Origin: Clostridia bacterium
GTDB taxonomy: Bacteria; Bacillota; Clostridia; Christensenellales; CAG-1252
Reading direction: 5' to 3'
DNA length: 64,000 bases
NCBI GenBank assembly: GCA_017444385.1
Contig: JAFSWQ010000008.1
Location: forward strand, 71,685 to 135,684
Below, piece after piece: positions 17,415 to 25,327 of the stretch. Numbering within the stretch: the first letter of the stretch is position 1; each line of letters starts with the position of its first letter. A model generated the notes under the pieces. It saw only the letters and a list, made by a program, of their open reading frames with translations. It did no database searches and was not told the DNA's origin. The translations under genes were made by a program, and so were the position numbers.

Positions 17415-19010
17415 TTAGTGCAAATGATATTTTTTCGTAGAATAGAGAATACCGTAAACGCAAACGTAGAAGGGAATATTCGCCAATAATACGGCGGGAT
17501 AGAATATGGGAACTATCATTGAATTTACGTTATCGACGGTCACGTTCAGCGAGGGTATAAAGAACCCTAAAAGCATAATAACGACCATCAAATTCAAGTA
17601 GACCATTATCGCCGTCGCAAGACTTATACGGAAATTATAGTCGGTCTTTTTGCGTTTAAACCTAAAGAAAAGGTACTTTTGAATAAAGAAGAAAGGTATC
17701 ACCAAAGCGATAAGGGCGATAACCAAATAGAATATAAGACCTTTTTCTACCGTTTTGTCAAAGAAGAAATAACCGAGTAAGACCTCTAAAAGTATCATCG
17801 CAAACGTGATAATAGAGCAGTCCTTGTTGATTCTATTTACGAAATAGAAGTTGTCAGCATAGTAGGAATATGCGTTTTGGTTGACGTAAGGCTTTACTAA
17901 AATGCCCTTTTTAGCCATTTGAGTCTTTAATTCGGCATAAGAAGAAACGCTAATAAAGTGATCTTGCTCGGGCTCTTCTTCAATAGCCTCTGAAGGTCTA
18001 TCGGGTAGAATCTCTTTCAAAATGTTTTCGTACCCGTACTTGTTGAAAATATCCATTTGGGCAAGATAGGTCTTGAATTCGCCGTAAGCGGTGCCGGTTT
18101 CGGTAACTCTTACCGCGGTTGCGAGTTTTTCTTGCTCTTCAAGCGTGACTTTGGAAGCCTCGTTTTCGCTCTTTACGGGCTCTACGACTGGGTCTTCCTT
18201 AGGTGTTTCGGCGGGCTTTTCGTCGAACATTCCAAGCGCGTCCATCGCTTCGAGTTCTCTGCGAGCTTTTTCTGCGTCGTAGACGTAAGTAGGGCGGGGG
18301 ATATACTCTTGTTTTTCCTCAACATTTATATTTTCTTCGGTTTTGACCGTATTAAAAGAATTCTTTTCAGTGCTTACAGCCTCAGGACTTTCGACGTTAT
18401 CGGTTACTTCAACGGGGGTTGATTCTTGTAATTTATCCTCTTTTTCAAGGCTTTCAACGACGTTTGAATTATCTTCTTCAACTTCTTGTTTTTTCTTATC
18501 TTTAGCCGCTTTTTGCGCTTTCTCTCTTTGTTTCTTTTCCTTTTTGGTCTCTACGCGGATAAGAGGTTCTTCCCGTAATTCTTTTATTTCCTCTTTCAAA
18601 GGCGCTTCGACGGGTGCTGCTTTAACGACTTCGTCCATAAGGATAATACCGTAGCGGTCGCCCGATTTTACGAGAGAGCAGCCCTCGGCTTTTGACGCGT
18701 CGTCTAAGACTACTACGCCGTAATTTGCCGATAATTGATAAGCGGTGTAATTTACGAGAGAGAAGATAGGGGTGTCCGCATACTCTAAAATAGAATACTT
18801 TCCGTCCTCTTCCGAATAGGCGATTGCGCCTTCCTTTACCATACCGTCTAATAGGTATTGCAAAGATCCATCCGCCAAATAATAATCGTCCGAGATTATA
18901 ACGAAAGAAGCCTCGATACCGTCAATATCGGACGGCTCGTTGGCGAGTTTATTAAGAACAAAACTTTGACATTGTTCAAGCAAGTAGGGCTTCGTTATAT
19001 TCGTACTCAT
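17415..19010 (-). CDS. Hypothetical membrane protein: soluble N-terminal domain, Lys/Glu-rich linker, C-terminal multi-TM region
   Basis: 531 aa. Low-complexity KEKKQREKAQKAAKDKKKQEVEE segment. About 5 predicted TM helices in the last ~150 aa. Confidence 0.6.
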   Translation of the reverse strand: MSTNITKPYLLEQCQSFVLNKLANEPSDIDGIEASFVIISDDYYLADGSLQYLLDGMVKEGAIAYSEEDGKYSILEYADTPIFSLVNYTAYQLSANYGVVVLDDASKAEGCSLVKSGDRYGIILMDEVVKAAPVEAPLKEEIKELREEPLIRVETKKEKKQREKAQKAAKDKKKQEVEEDNSNVVESLEKEDKLQESTPVEVTDNVESPEAVSTEKNSFNTVKTEENINVEEKQEYIPRPTYVYDAEKARRELEAMDALGMFDEKPAETPKEDPVVEPVKSENEASKVTLEEQEKLATAVRVTETGTAYGEFKTYLAQMDIFNKYGYENILKEILPDRPSEAIEEEPEQDHFISVSSYAELKTQMAKKGILVKPYVNQNAYSYYADNFYFVNRINKDCSIITFAMILLEVLLGYFFFDKTVEKGLIFYLVIALIALVIPFFFIQKYLFFRFKRKKTDYNFRISLATAIMVYLNLMVVIMLLGFFIPSLNVTVDNVNSMIVPIFYPAVLLANIPFYVCVYGILYSTKKYHLH

Positions 19011-19176
19011 ATTTATATTTTATAATTTATATCCATATAAGTCAAGAGGTTTATACGGTCTAATATTCGGCGATTTAGGACGTTATTTATCTTTATCAAT
19101 CAAAAACAAAGGTCGAATTCGCTTTGAATTCTACGTTTGAAATTTCGATAACCCTTATAGAGCAGGGTAGAATAAG

Positions 19177-19392
19177 CTATTGTTTCTTACTCTTACGATA
19201 TTCGTCGTAGGTTAATACTTTGTCTATGATTATGCCGGCGTAGTCGACTTCGCCGTCGAGTCCTATACATTTCATACAGTTATCGCAAACTTTGGTCGAG
19301 TCGAATTCGCAAAGGTCGCAATAACCGCAATTATCGCAAATATTTTCTTCAACTATTACGCAATGCTTTACGCCGTCGTCTTTTTTAGCCAT
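19177..19392 (-). CDS. Cys-rich mini-protein (71 aa, 10 Cys), translationally coupled to the recombinase
   Basis: CDNCGYCDLCEFDSTKVCDNCMKC pattern. Its start overlaps the recombinase stop by 8 nt. Confidence 0.55.
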   Translation of the reverse strand: MAKKDDGVKHCVIVEENICDNCGYCDLCEFDSTKVCDNCMKCIGLDGEVDYAGIIIDKVLTYDEYRKSKKQ

Positions 19393-20440
19393 CTTCTTCG
19401 TCTTCCTTTTTCCTTATTTTTACCACGCCGGCAGCCTGTCTTTTTATATCTTCGTCTATAGCGGCGTAGTGCCTTTTTGTCGTTTCAATGCTCGTATGCC
19501 CGAGAACCTCCGCAACGACGTATATATCTTTGGTTTCTCTGTATAGATTCGTACCGAACGTTGAACGCAGTTTATGCGGCGTTATATGCTTTAATGGGGT
19601 AGCGATTTCCGCATACTTTTTTACCATAATTTCCACCGTTCTCACGCCTATTCTTTTATTTTGCATAGAGAGGAATAGAGCGGTGGTTTCTACCTCTAAA
19701 GAGCGGCGATATTCCATATACTCTTCCATGATCTCGATAACTTCTTCGGGCAGGTAGAGAATGGTACGATTACCGCCTTTCCTCGTTACTCTAAACGAGC
19801 CGGCGGCGAGATCCACGTCCTCGATATTCAACCCGACGCATTCGGATACGCGAATACCAGTGCCGAGCATTAAGGTAAGCAGCGCGACGTCGCGGATTTT
19901 GGTTTTTTCGTGGTATTTTTGCGCTCTCGATGAGAGTTCTTCGCCGCCTTCAACTACGTCGAGAAAATCGGTCATCTCCTCGCCCTCTAACCTTATTATC
20001 TCTTTCGAATGCTTTTTAGGCATATCGACTTTGGTGGAAACGTTTTCTCTTAGCAGGTTTTTATTATATAAATAGGCGAAAAGCCGCCTTAATGAAGCAA
20101 GTTTCCTCGATTTACCTTCCGCGCCGTTATTTCTCGTAATGCCGTTTTCATCGACGTAAGAGGTAAGATAATCTAAATAATTCTCAATATCCGTTTGAGT
20201 AACCGCGTTTAATTGATCTATGGTAAAGTCCTCGATGGACGTATTTTTGAATTTTCTCACTTCGTTAGTTAAATAATTGAAGAATACCAAATAATCACGG
20301 CCGTAATTCAATCGCGTAAGCGGAGAAGTAATATTGGACATCGCAACGAAGAACTGCGAACAAAATTCGGGCAGCCGATCGCGTAGTTCTTTAATTTGTT
20401 TTATTATCTTTTCGTCGCGTTCTTGAGAATAATTCTTCAT
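19385..20440 (-). CDS. Tyrosine site-specific recombinase (XerC/XerD/integrase family)
   Basis: 351 aa. N-terminal SAM-like domain. Catalytic pattern GTGIRVSE (Arg), HKLRSTF (His-x-x-Arg), LGHTSIETTKRHY (His...Tyr). Confidence 0.85.
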   Translation of the reverse strand: MKNYSQERDEKIIKQIKELRDRLPEFCSQFFVAMSNITSPLTRLNYGRDYLVFFNYLTNEVRKFKNTSIEDFTIDQLNAVTQTDIENYLDYLTSYVDENGITRNNGAEGKSRKLASLRRLFAYLYNKNLLRENVSTKVDMPKKHSKEIIRLEGEEMTDFLDVVEGGEELSSRAQKYHEKTKIRDVALLTLMLGTGIRVSECVGLNIEDVDLAAGSFRVTRKGGNRTILYLPEEVIEIMEEYMEYRRSLEVETTALFLSMQNKRIGVRTVEIMVKKYAEIATPLKHITPHKLRSTFGTNLYRETKDIYVVAEVLGHTSIETTKRHYAAIDEDIKRQAAGVVKIRKKEDEEDG

Positions 20441-20507
20441 ATGATAAGTATAAATAAAAAAAAGCGAAAAGTAAATACTTTTCGCAAAAATTCAAATAGT
20501 AAATAAC

Positions 20508-20714
20508 TTATTTTTCGTTAACGCCGAGAAGCTCGTCGGACGATACTTCAAGTACCTTGCAAATACGAATAATAAAATCAATACTGGGCTCGTTGCGACC
20601 TTGCTCCCAGTGAGCATAACAGCTTTCGGTCACTCCTATGAAATCCGCCATTTGTCTTTGAGTATAATTCCTTCGTTTGCGGGTAATAACTAAGTTAAAT
20701 CTAAAACTATTCAT
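20508..20714 (-). CDS. Small XRE-family HTH DNA-binding protein (68 aa)
   Basis: RKRRNYTQRQMADFIGVTESCYAHWEQGRNEPS HTH_3 pattern. First gene of the XRE-recombinase-Cys-rich unit. Confidence 0.8.
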   Translation of the reverse strand: MNSFRFNLVITRKRRNYTQRQMADFIGVTESCYAHWEQGRNEPSIDFIIRICKVLEVSSDELLGVNEK

Positions 20715-20792
20715 TTGTCACCTCAAAAAATATTGTATCATATGTGAAAGAAAATTACAAGTGATATTGTAAAATAAAATCAAAAAAAATGT

Positions 20793-20815
20793 TTATTATG
20801 TACTGTACATAATAA
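20793..20815. promoter_or_regulatory. Perfect 23-bp palindrome TTATTATGTACTGTACATAATAA upstream of the XRE gene (candidate operator)
   Basis: 11-bp arms are exact reverse complements around a central T at 20804. The core equals the TACTGTA heptamer of the neighbouring repeat arrays. Confidence 0.6.
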
Positions 20816-20888
20816 TATAGAAAAATAGTAGTTTTTCAGTCAAGAGACGTTTGATAATACATTAGAAGGGCTCAGCGTATAAAAAGCG

Positions 20889-21249
20889 TACAGTATATAA
20901 CATACAGGATATAAAATACAGGATTATATATACAGTAGGTTATATACAGTATGTATTATACAGTATATATTATACAGTAACTGCACGATTTATAAAATGT
21001 ATATAGAGTACAGTACATATTATACACTACATATTACACAGTACATAGAATACAGTATATTGTATACAGTACATAAAATACACCATATATACATAGCGTA
21101 CAGTATAGATTATACACTACAATATGTACAGTGTATATACAAATAGTACAGGGTGTTATGTACAGTACATATTATACAGTAAATATACATAATATACAGT
21201 AGTATATATACAGTACATATCGTATATACAATATACGTTTTGTACAGAT
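20889..21249 (+). repeat. 14-bp-periodic TACWGTA repeat block 1 (almost all TACAGTA)
   Basis: Cores at 20889, 20903, 20917, 20931, 20945, 20959 and 20973 are exactly 14 bp apart. Later cores at 21009, 21023, 21037, 21051, 21065, 21079, 21099, 21113, 21127, 21147, 21161, 21175, 21195, 21209 and 21243 are spaced 14, 20 or 34 bp. Confidence 0.9.
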
Positions 21250-21398
21250 AGTGTTAGATTTTTCGTAAATCATAATATTAAACGGGATTTATTAAGGTTT
21301 GAGATAATCATAAAGAGGATTAAGTAGAGAAGACCACGGTTTAGAGGGAGATCGCGTATAAAAGCGGCGCGGTTATTAAAAACCCGTAGAGAAGGGTA

Positions 21399-21432
21399 TC
21401 TATACAAAACGTACATATCGTTAAAATTTTAA
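21399..21432 (+). repeat. 34-bp direct repeat, copy 1 (TCTATACAAAACGTACATATCGTTAAAATTTTAA)
   Basis: Identical 34-mer recurs at 22410-22443. Weaker similarity continues ~45 nt downstream (GGGGTCGAAATTTA vs GGGGACAAATTTA). Confidence 0.85.
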
Positions 21433-21548
21433 GACGATTATTTAATTATTGGGGGTCGAAATTTAATAAAATCAACACGTTATTTTCATATAAATCGAAT
21501 AGAGCAGCCATCTACCTTCGCTATACAGATATAAAAAATATTATTGTG

Positions 21549-21701
21549 TACATTATGTACAGTGTATGTACATAGCGTACAGTATAATTTATACGGTATA
21601 TAATGTACATATTATATACGTTTAGTACAGTACATAATATACTGATATACGTACGATATATACAGTACAATATGTACATATACTGTACGTTTTGTACAGT
21701 A
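21549..21701 (+). repeat. 14-bp-periodic TACWGTA repeat block 2 (mostly TACAGTA)
   Basis: Exact TACAGTA at 21578, 21626, 21661 and 21695; TACTGTA at 21681; many one-mismatch cores (TACATAT, TACGGTA, TACAGTG). Confidence 0.85.
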
Positions 21702-22120
21702 TATAACATTGAAAATTTTAATTTACCAGTATCCGCAAATAAAATACAATTCATATAAGCGTTAAAAAGTATTAAGATCGTATGAATCGACGGCATATTA
21801 ATAATAATGACTAATATATTATATCAAATACGGCTGGCTTAATACAATTCTATTTCTTTTATCCCGGATATCGAGCAATACTTCAAAGTATATCGTTATC
21901 CTTTATAACTCATGTATTGTTTTTACGTAGATAGCAATTAAGAATACGGCTTTGATTATAAACTATCGCGACAAAATGCGGCAAGCTCTAAACCATAAAC
22001 CAATCTTTGCTTCTAAAAGTCCTACGGTCACGCGGGTTTTTTGCTTTCATTCAGGATCATATCACGCCAATTTGAAAATACGCCTAAAATGTCGTTTATA
22101 TATTACATATTAGCCACTAA

Positions 22121-22150
22121 CTATTCGCAAAAGTATGCTTTTGCGAATAG
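22121..22150. other. Perfect 13-bp-stem hairpin CTATTCGCAAAAG-TATG-CTTTTGCGAATAG in the unique core of the ORF-free region
   Basis: The arms are exact reverse complements. No long U tract on either strand. Confidence 0.7.
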
Positions 22151-22409
22151 TTTACAAAAATATCATCACATTGGCAACACGATCGCAAGCTACCGGATTT
22201 ACAAATATTCTTAAAAATTGATTGATATCCGCTCTGCCCTGCGTTCGTATATTTACCAGCAGTAAATTCAAGCAATGATTCTTATAGATAATTTGGCGTA
22301 AAAATAACGAAAAATCACTAAACAAGATGAGAACTTCACGTATTGATTTATATCTTTAATAGTTTATCTTTCCGACCGCCATATTAATAAAAACCTCAAT
22401 TAAACTACC

Positions 22410-22443
22410 TCTATACAAAACGTACATATCGTTAAAATTTTAA
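22410..22443 (+). repeat. 34-bp direct repeat, copy 2
   Basis: Identical to 21399-21432, 1011 bp downstream. Confidence 0.85.
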
Positions 22444-22541
22444 AGCAAATTTATAATCTAACGGGGACAAATTTAGCGATTATTATCAATATTTCGCAAC
22501 GATAAGAAGGATCATTTCTACGATTGTATGATATGTATAGT

Positions 22542-22776
22542 TACTGTACAAACTGTACACAAGATTATATTATGAGTTAAAATGGGATAGATAACTCTGA
22601 ACTCATAATAGATTTCCCGATACACCACACTTCTCTATCCGAATTCCTAATAAAGAACTAAATGTATATAATGTACTGTATTTTATATACTGTACTTTTC
22701 GTATATTTCCTGTACATATTATACTGTATTATTTGTATATATTATATACGTTTTATACTGTATTATATAAACTGTA
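22542..22776 (-). repeat. 14-bp-periodic TACWGTA repeat block 3 (TACTGTA orientation), interrupted at 22561-22660
   Basis: TACTGTA at 22542, 22674, 22688, 22722 and 22756. Near-cores at 22552, 22708 and 22770. Spacings 14, 20 or 34 bp. Confidence 0.85.
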
Positions 22777-22858
22777 CATATCATACATAGTAACGACGCT
22801 TGATAGATATTGTAATGCTGAACTATTTGAACGCAATATTTGAAAAATACTTTGCTCA

Positions 22859-23136
22859 TTCTGTACATAAAGTACTGTATAATATAGCCTGTACTTTTTG
22901 TATTGTAAGCGCCCTTCTCTATCTTTCTTTAAATCACTCTGCTATCTATCATTACATAGATAACGATGTACGTTATGTATATTTATTGTATAGAATGTAC
23001 AGTATATAACGTACTGTATAATTTATATGTAATATATACATATTGTACTGTACATATACTACTATACAGTATATACTATACACTATATACTGTATAGTAC
23101 ATACTGTATATTACATACTGTACTTTATGTACTGTA
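22859..23136 (-). repeat. 14-bp-periodic TACWGTA repeat blocks 4-5 (mostly TACTGTA)
   Basis: Cores at 22859, 22873 and 22887, then TACTGTA at 23012, 23046, 23088, 23102, 23116 and 23130. Two TACAGTA at 22998 and 23065. Confidence 0.85.
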
Positions 23137-23190
23137 CTTTTTTATATGCATATTATATACTTAAATTTCTTACTTTATTACTTGCAGATT

Positions 23191-24429
23191 CTATTTTTTT
23201 AATTCGCTTAAAATGCCTTCTAATGCGATTTTAACGTGTTCGTAGGTTAAACCGCCCTGAACATAGGCGATATAAGGGGGCTTAATCGGCGCGTCGGCAG
23301 ATAATTCAATACTTGCGCCGCCTACGAACGAACCAGCAGCCATAATAACCTTTTCGTTATATCCCGGCATATCCCACGGTTCCGGTAAAACGTCGCTATC
23401 GATGGGCGAATACTTTTGTATGGTTTGGATAAACTTAATCAAATCATTTTCGTCATTAAAGACGATCGAGCGAATTATATCGTTCATTTCTTCTTCGGGC
23501 TCGGGTATGGGGTGATAGCCGCATTTTTTCATTACGGCGCCTATTAAGACGCTTCCTTTTAACGCGTTCGCCACAATATGCGGGGCAAGGAACAAGCCTT
23601 CGTAATAATTTTGATAACCGTACATATAAGAGCCTACTTCGTTGCCGAGTCCCGGCGCGGTAAGACGGAACGCAGCCTTCTCTACCGCCTCTACGGTACC
23701 CACCAAATAACCACCAGTGGGCGCCAATCCGCCGCCAATGTTTTTAATGAGCGAACCGATAGTAAGATCCGCGCCGAATTCGGACGGCTCGTTTTCTTGG
23801 GTAAATTCACCGTAACAGTTATCAACGACAAAATAGAGTTTTCGATCTACTCTCTCTTTAACGTAGGCAATAAGCGCACCTAGATCAGTGACTTTTAGCG
23901 CCTTACGCGAAGTATATCCGCGACTTCTCGTAACGTAAACTACTTTAATTTCGCTATGAGTATTTATAGTATCGATTATCTCGTCAAATTTAAAGCCGCC
24001 GGATCCGTTTAGATCGCTTTGATAATAACCTATACCGTATTCCTTTAACGAGCCGCTTTCGCCGTTTATAACGCCCATTAAAGTATCGTACGGCTCGCCG
24101 GTGACGCTGTATAACGCTTCACCGCTTCTCAAAAGCGCAAAAAGTCCAATCGTCAAAGCGTGTGTGCCGTTAGCGATAAGCGGGGAAACGAGCGCGGCTT
24201 CGGTCTTAAAAACGTCTGCGTAAACATGGCAAAGAGAATCCCTGCCAATATCGCCGTAGCCGTAGCCCGAAGAGCCTTTGAGGTGTCTTTCCGCAATGCG
24301 ATTTTTTCTGAAAGCCTCAAGGACTTTCTTTTGATTATAATAAGCGATTTCGTCAATACGCTTATAAATATGAGAATATTCTTTTTCCGCTTCCTCTATC
24401 AAATTAATCCCGCTATCAACGTAAGCCAT
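23191..24429 (-). CDS. Methionine gamma-lyase-family / aluminium-resistance-type PLP protein (YnbB-like)
   Basis: 412 aa. Typical position downstream of miaA in Firmicutes. Cys/Met-metabolism PLP fold features. Confidence 0.7.
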   Translation of the reverse strand: MAYVDSGINLIEEAEKEYSHIYKRIDEIAYYNQKKVLEAFRKNRIAERHLKGSSGYGYGDIGRDSLCHVYADVFKTEAALVSPLIANGTHALTIGLFALLRSGEALYSVTGEPYDTLMGVINGESGSLKEYGIGYYQSDLNGSGGFKFDEIIDTINTHSEIKVVYVTRSRGYTSRKALKVTDLGALIAYVKERVDRKLYFVVDNCYGEFTQENEPSEFGADLTIGSLIKNIGGGLAPTGGYLVGTVEAVEKAAFRLTAPGLGNEVGSYMYGYQNYYEGLFLAPHIVANALKGSVLIGAVMKKCGYHPIPEPEEEMNDIIRSIVFNDENDLIKFIQTIQKYSPIDSDVLPEPWDMPGYNEKVIMAAGSFVGGASIELSADAPIKPPYIAYVQGGLTYEHVKIALEGILSELKK

Positions 24430-25327
24430 AATTCTTTATAATCGTCTCCAAATTCTTTTCTTTTTCAAGGTAATTAAGCCAAATCGCTTCGGGGTAGTAT
24501 TTTCTACACCAGGTCAACTGTCTTTTCGCATAGTTTCTGCTTCTCTGCTTTATGAGTTCCACCGCTCTACCGTAATCGTATTCCCCCGTCAAATAGGCGT
24601 AAAACTCTTTATAAGCGATAGCGCCGAAGGACTGCGTTTCGGCAGTACAACCCAAATCGACTAGCGACTTTACTTCGTCGAGCAACCCGTTTGCGAGCAT
24701 TATATCGACTCTTTTATTTATTCTATCGTATATCTCGCTACGCTCACCCGACAAAACGTAAATATCGGCGTTGTAACGAGGTTTATTCAACTCTTCTTGA
24801 GATGAGTTCGACTTGCCGTTCAACGCGACCTCGATAGCCCTCGCTACTCTATGCACGTCGTTTACTTCGAGCTGTCCCGCGCGGATTTTATCGAGCGAAT
24901 ACAACTCGTCCCATAACTCTTGATTGGTCATGGTTTCAGTCATTTTAAGGACGTTTTCGCGTATGTTTTCATCATAGGTCGAAAAGGTCATTTCATACAA
25001 AACGGCGTTTATATACATACCCGTACCGCCGACTAATATGGGGGTCTTCCCTTTTGCGAACTCGTCTTCGATAATGGGCAAAACTTCGGCTTGATAGTCG
25101 GCTACCGTATAACGCGCGGTGGGCTCGACGACGTCTATCATATAGTGAGGAACGCCTTGCTTCTCTTCGCTCGTGACTTTCGCCGTGCCGACGTCCATAT
25201 GCCGATAAATTTGCATACTGTCGGTCGAGATTATCTCGCCGTTTATTCGTTTTGCGACCTCAACCCCAAGCGCGGTTTTGCCCGTACCGGTAGGCCCTGT
25301 AATGACGATCAATTTCTTCATCAGCAA
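24416..25327 (-). CDS. miaA: tRNA dimethylallyltransferase
   Basis: P-loop GPTGTGKTAL, SMQIYRHMDVGTAK, LVGGTGMY. Confidence 0.9.
   Translation of the reverse strand: MLMKKLIVITGPTGTGKTALGVEVAKRINGEIISTDSMQIYRHMDVGTAKVTSEEKQGVPHYMIDVVEPTARYTVADYQAEVLPIIEDEFAKGKTPILVGGTGMYINAVLYEMTFSTYDENIRENVLKMTETMTNQELWDELYSLDKIRAGQLEVNDVHRVARAIEVALNGKSNSSQEELNKPRYNADIYVLSGERSEIYDRINKRVDIMLANGLLDEVKSLVDLGCTAETQSFGAIAYKEFYAYLTGEYDYGRAVELIKQRSRNYAKRQLTWCRKYYPEAIWLNYLEKEKNLETIIKNYGLR

Noticed and set aside
20889-23136. Possible CRISPR array
   Set aside because: The period is only 14 bp (sometimes 20), with a 7-bp core and AT-rich filler. There are no 25-40-bp repeats alternating with unique spacers, and no cas genes in the window.
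20889-23136. Arrays of E. coli-type LexA SOS boxes (CTGT-N8-ACAG), given the TACTGTA/TACAGTA cores and the mutS-mutL neighbourhood
   Set aside because: Cores are arranged mostly head-to-tail at 14-bp spacing, not as CTGT-N8-ACAG inverted pairs. Where orientation flips, the spacing is 14 nt or the order is ACAG...CTGT. Firmicutes LexA also recognises CGAAC-N4-GTTCG, which is absent here.
20715-23190. Replication origin (oriC) or terminus
   Set aside because: No TTATCCACA-type DnaA boxes, no dnaA or dnaN nearby, and gene orientation does not switch in the way expected at an origin or terminus.
19177-23190. Integrated prophage or integrative element carrying the tyrosine recombinase
   Set aside because: No phage, conjugation or cargo genes, no adjacent tRNA target, and housekeeping genes immediately on both sides. 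The 34-bp direct repeats do not enclose the recombinase gene.
21521-23234. ORFs 21521-21796 (-), 22800-23009 (+) and 23043-23234 (+) as real genes
   Set aside because: Their translations (Tyr/Ile/Cys/Thr/Val low complexity such as YTVQNVQYMYILYCIY) are simply the TACWGTA repeat read in frame. No RBS, and no plausible protein features.
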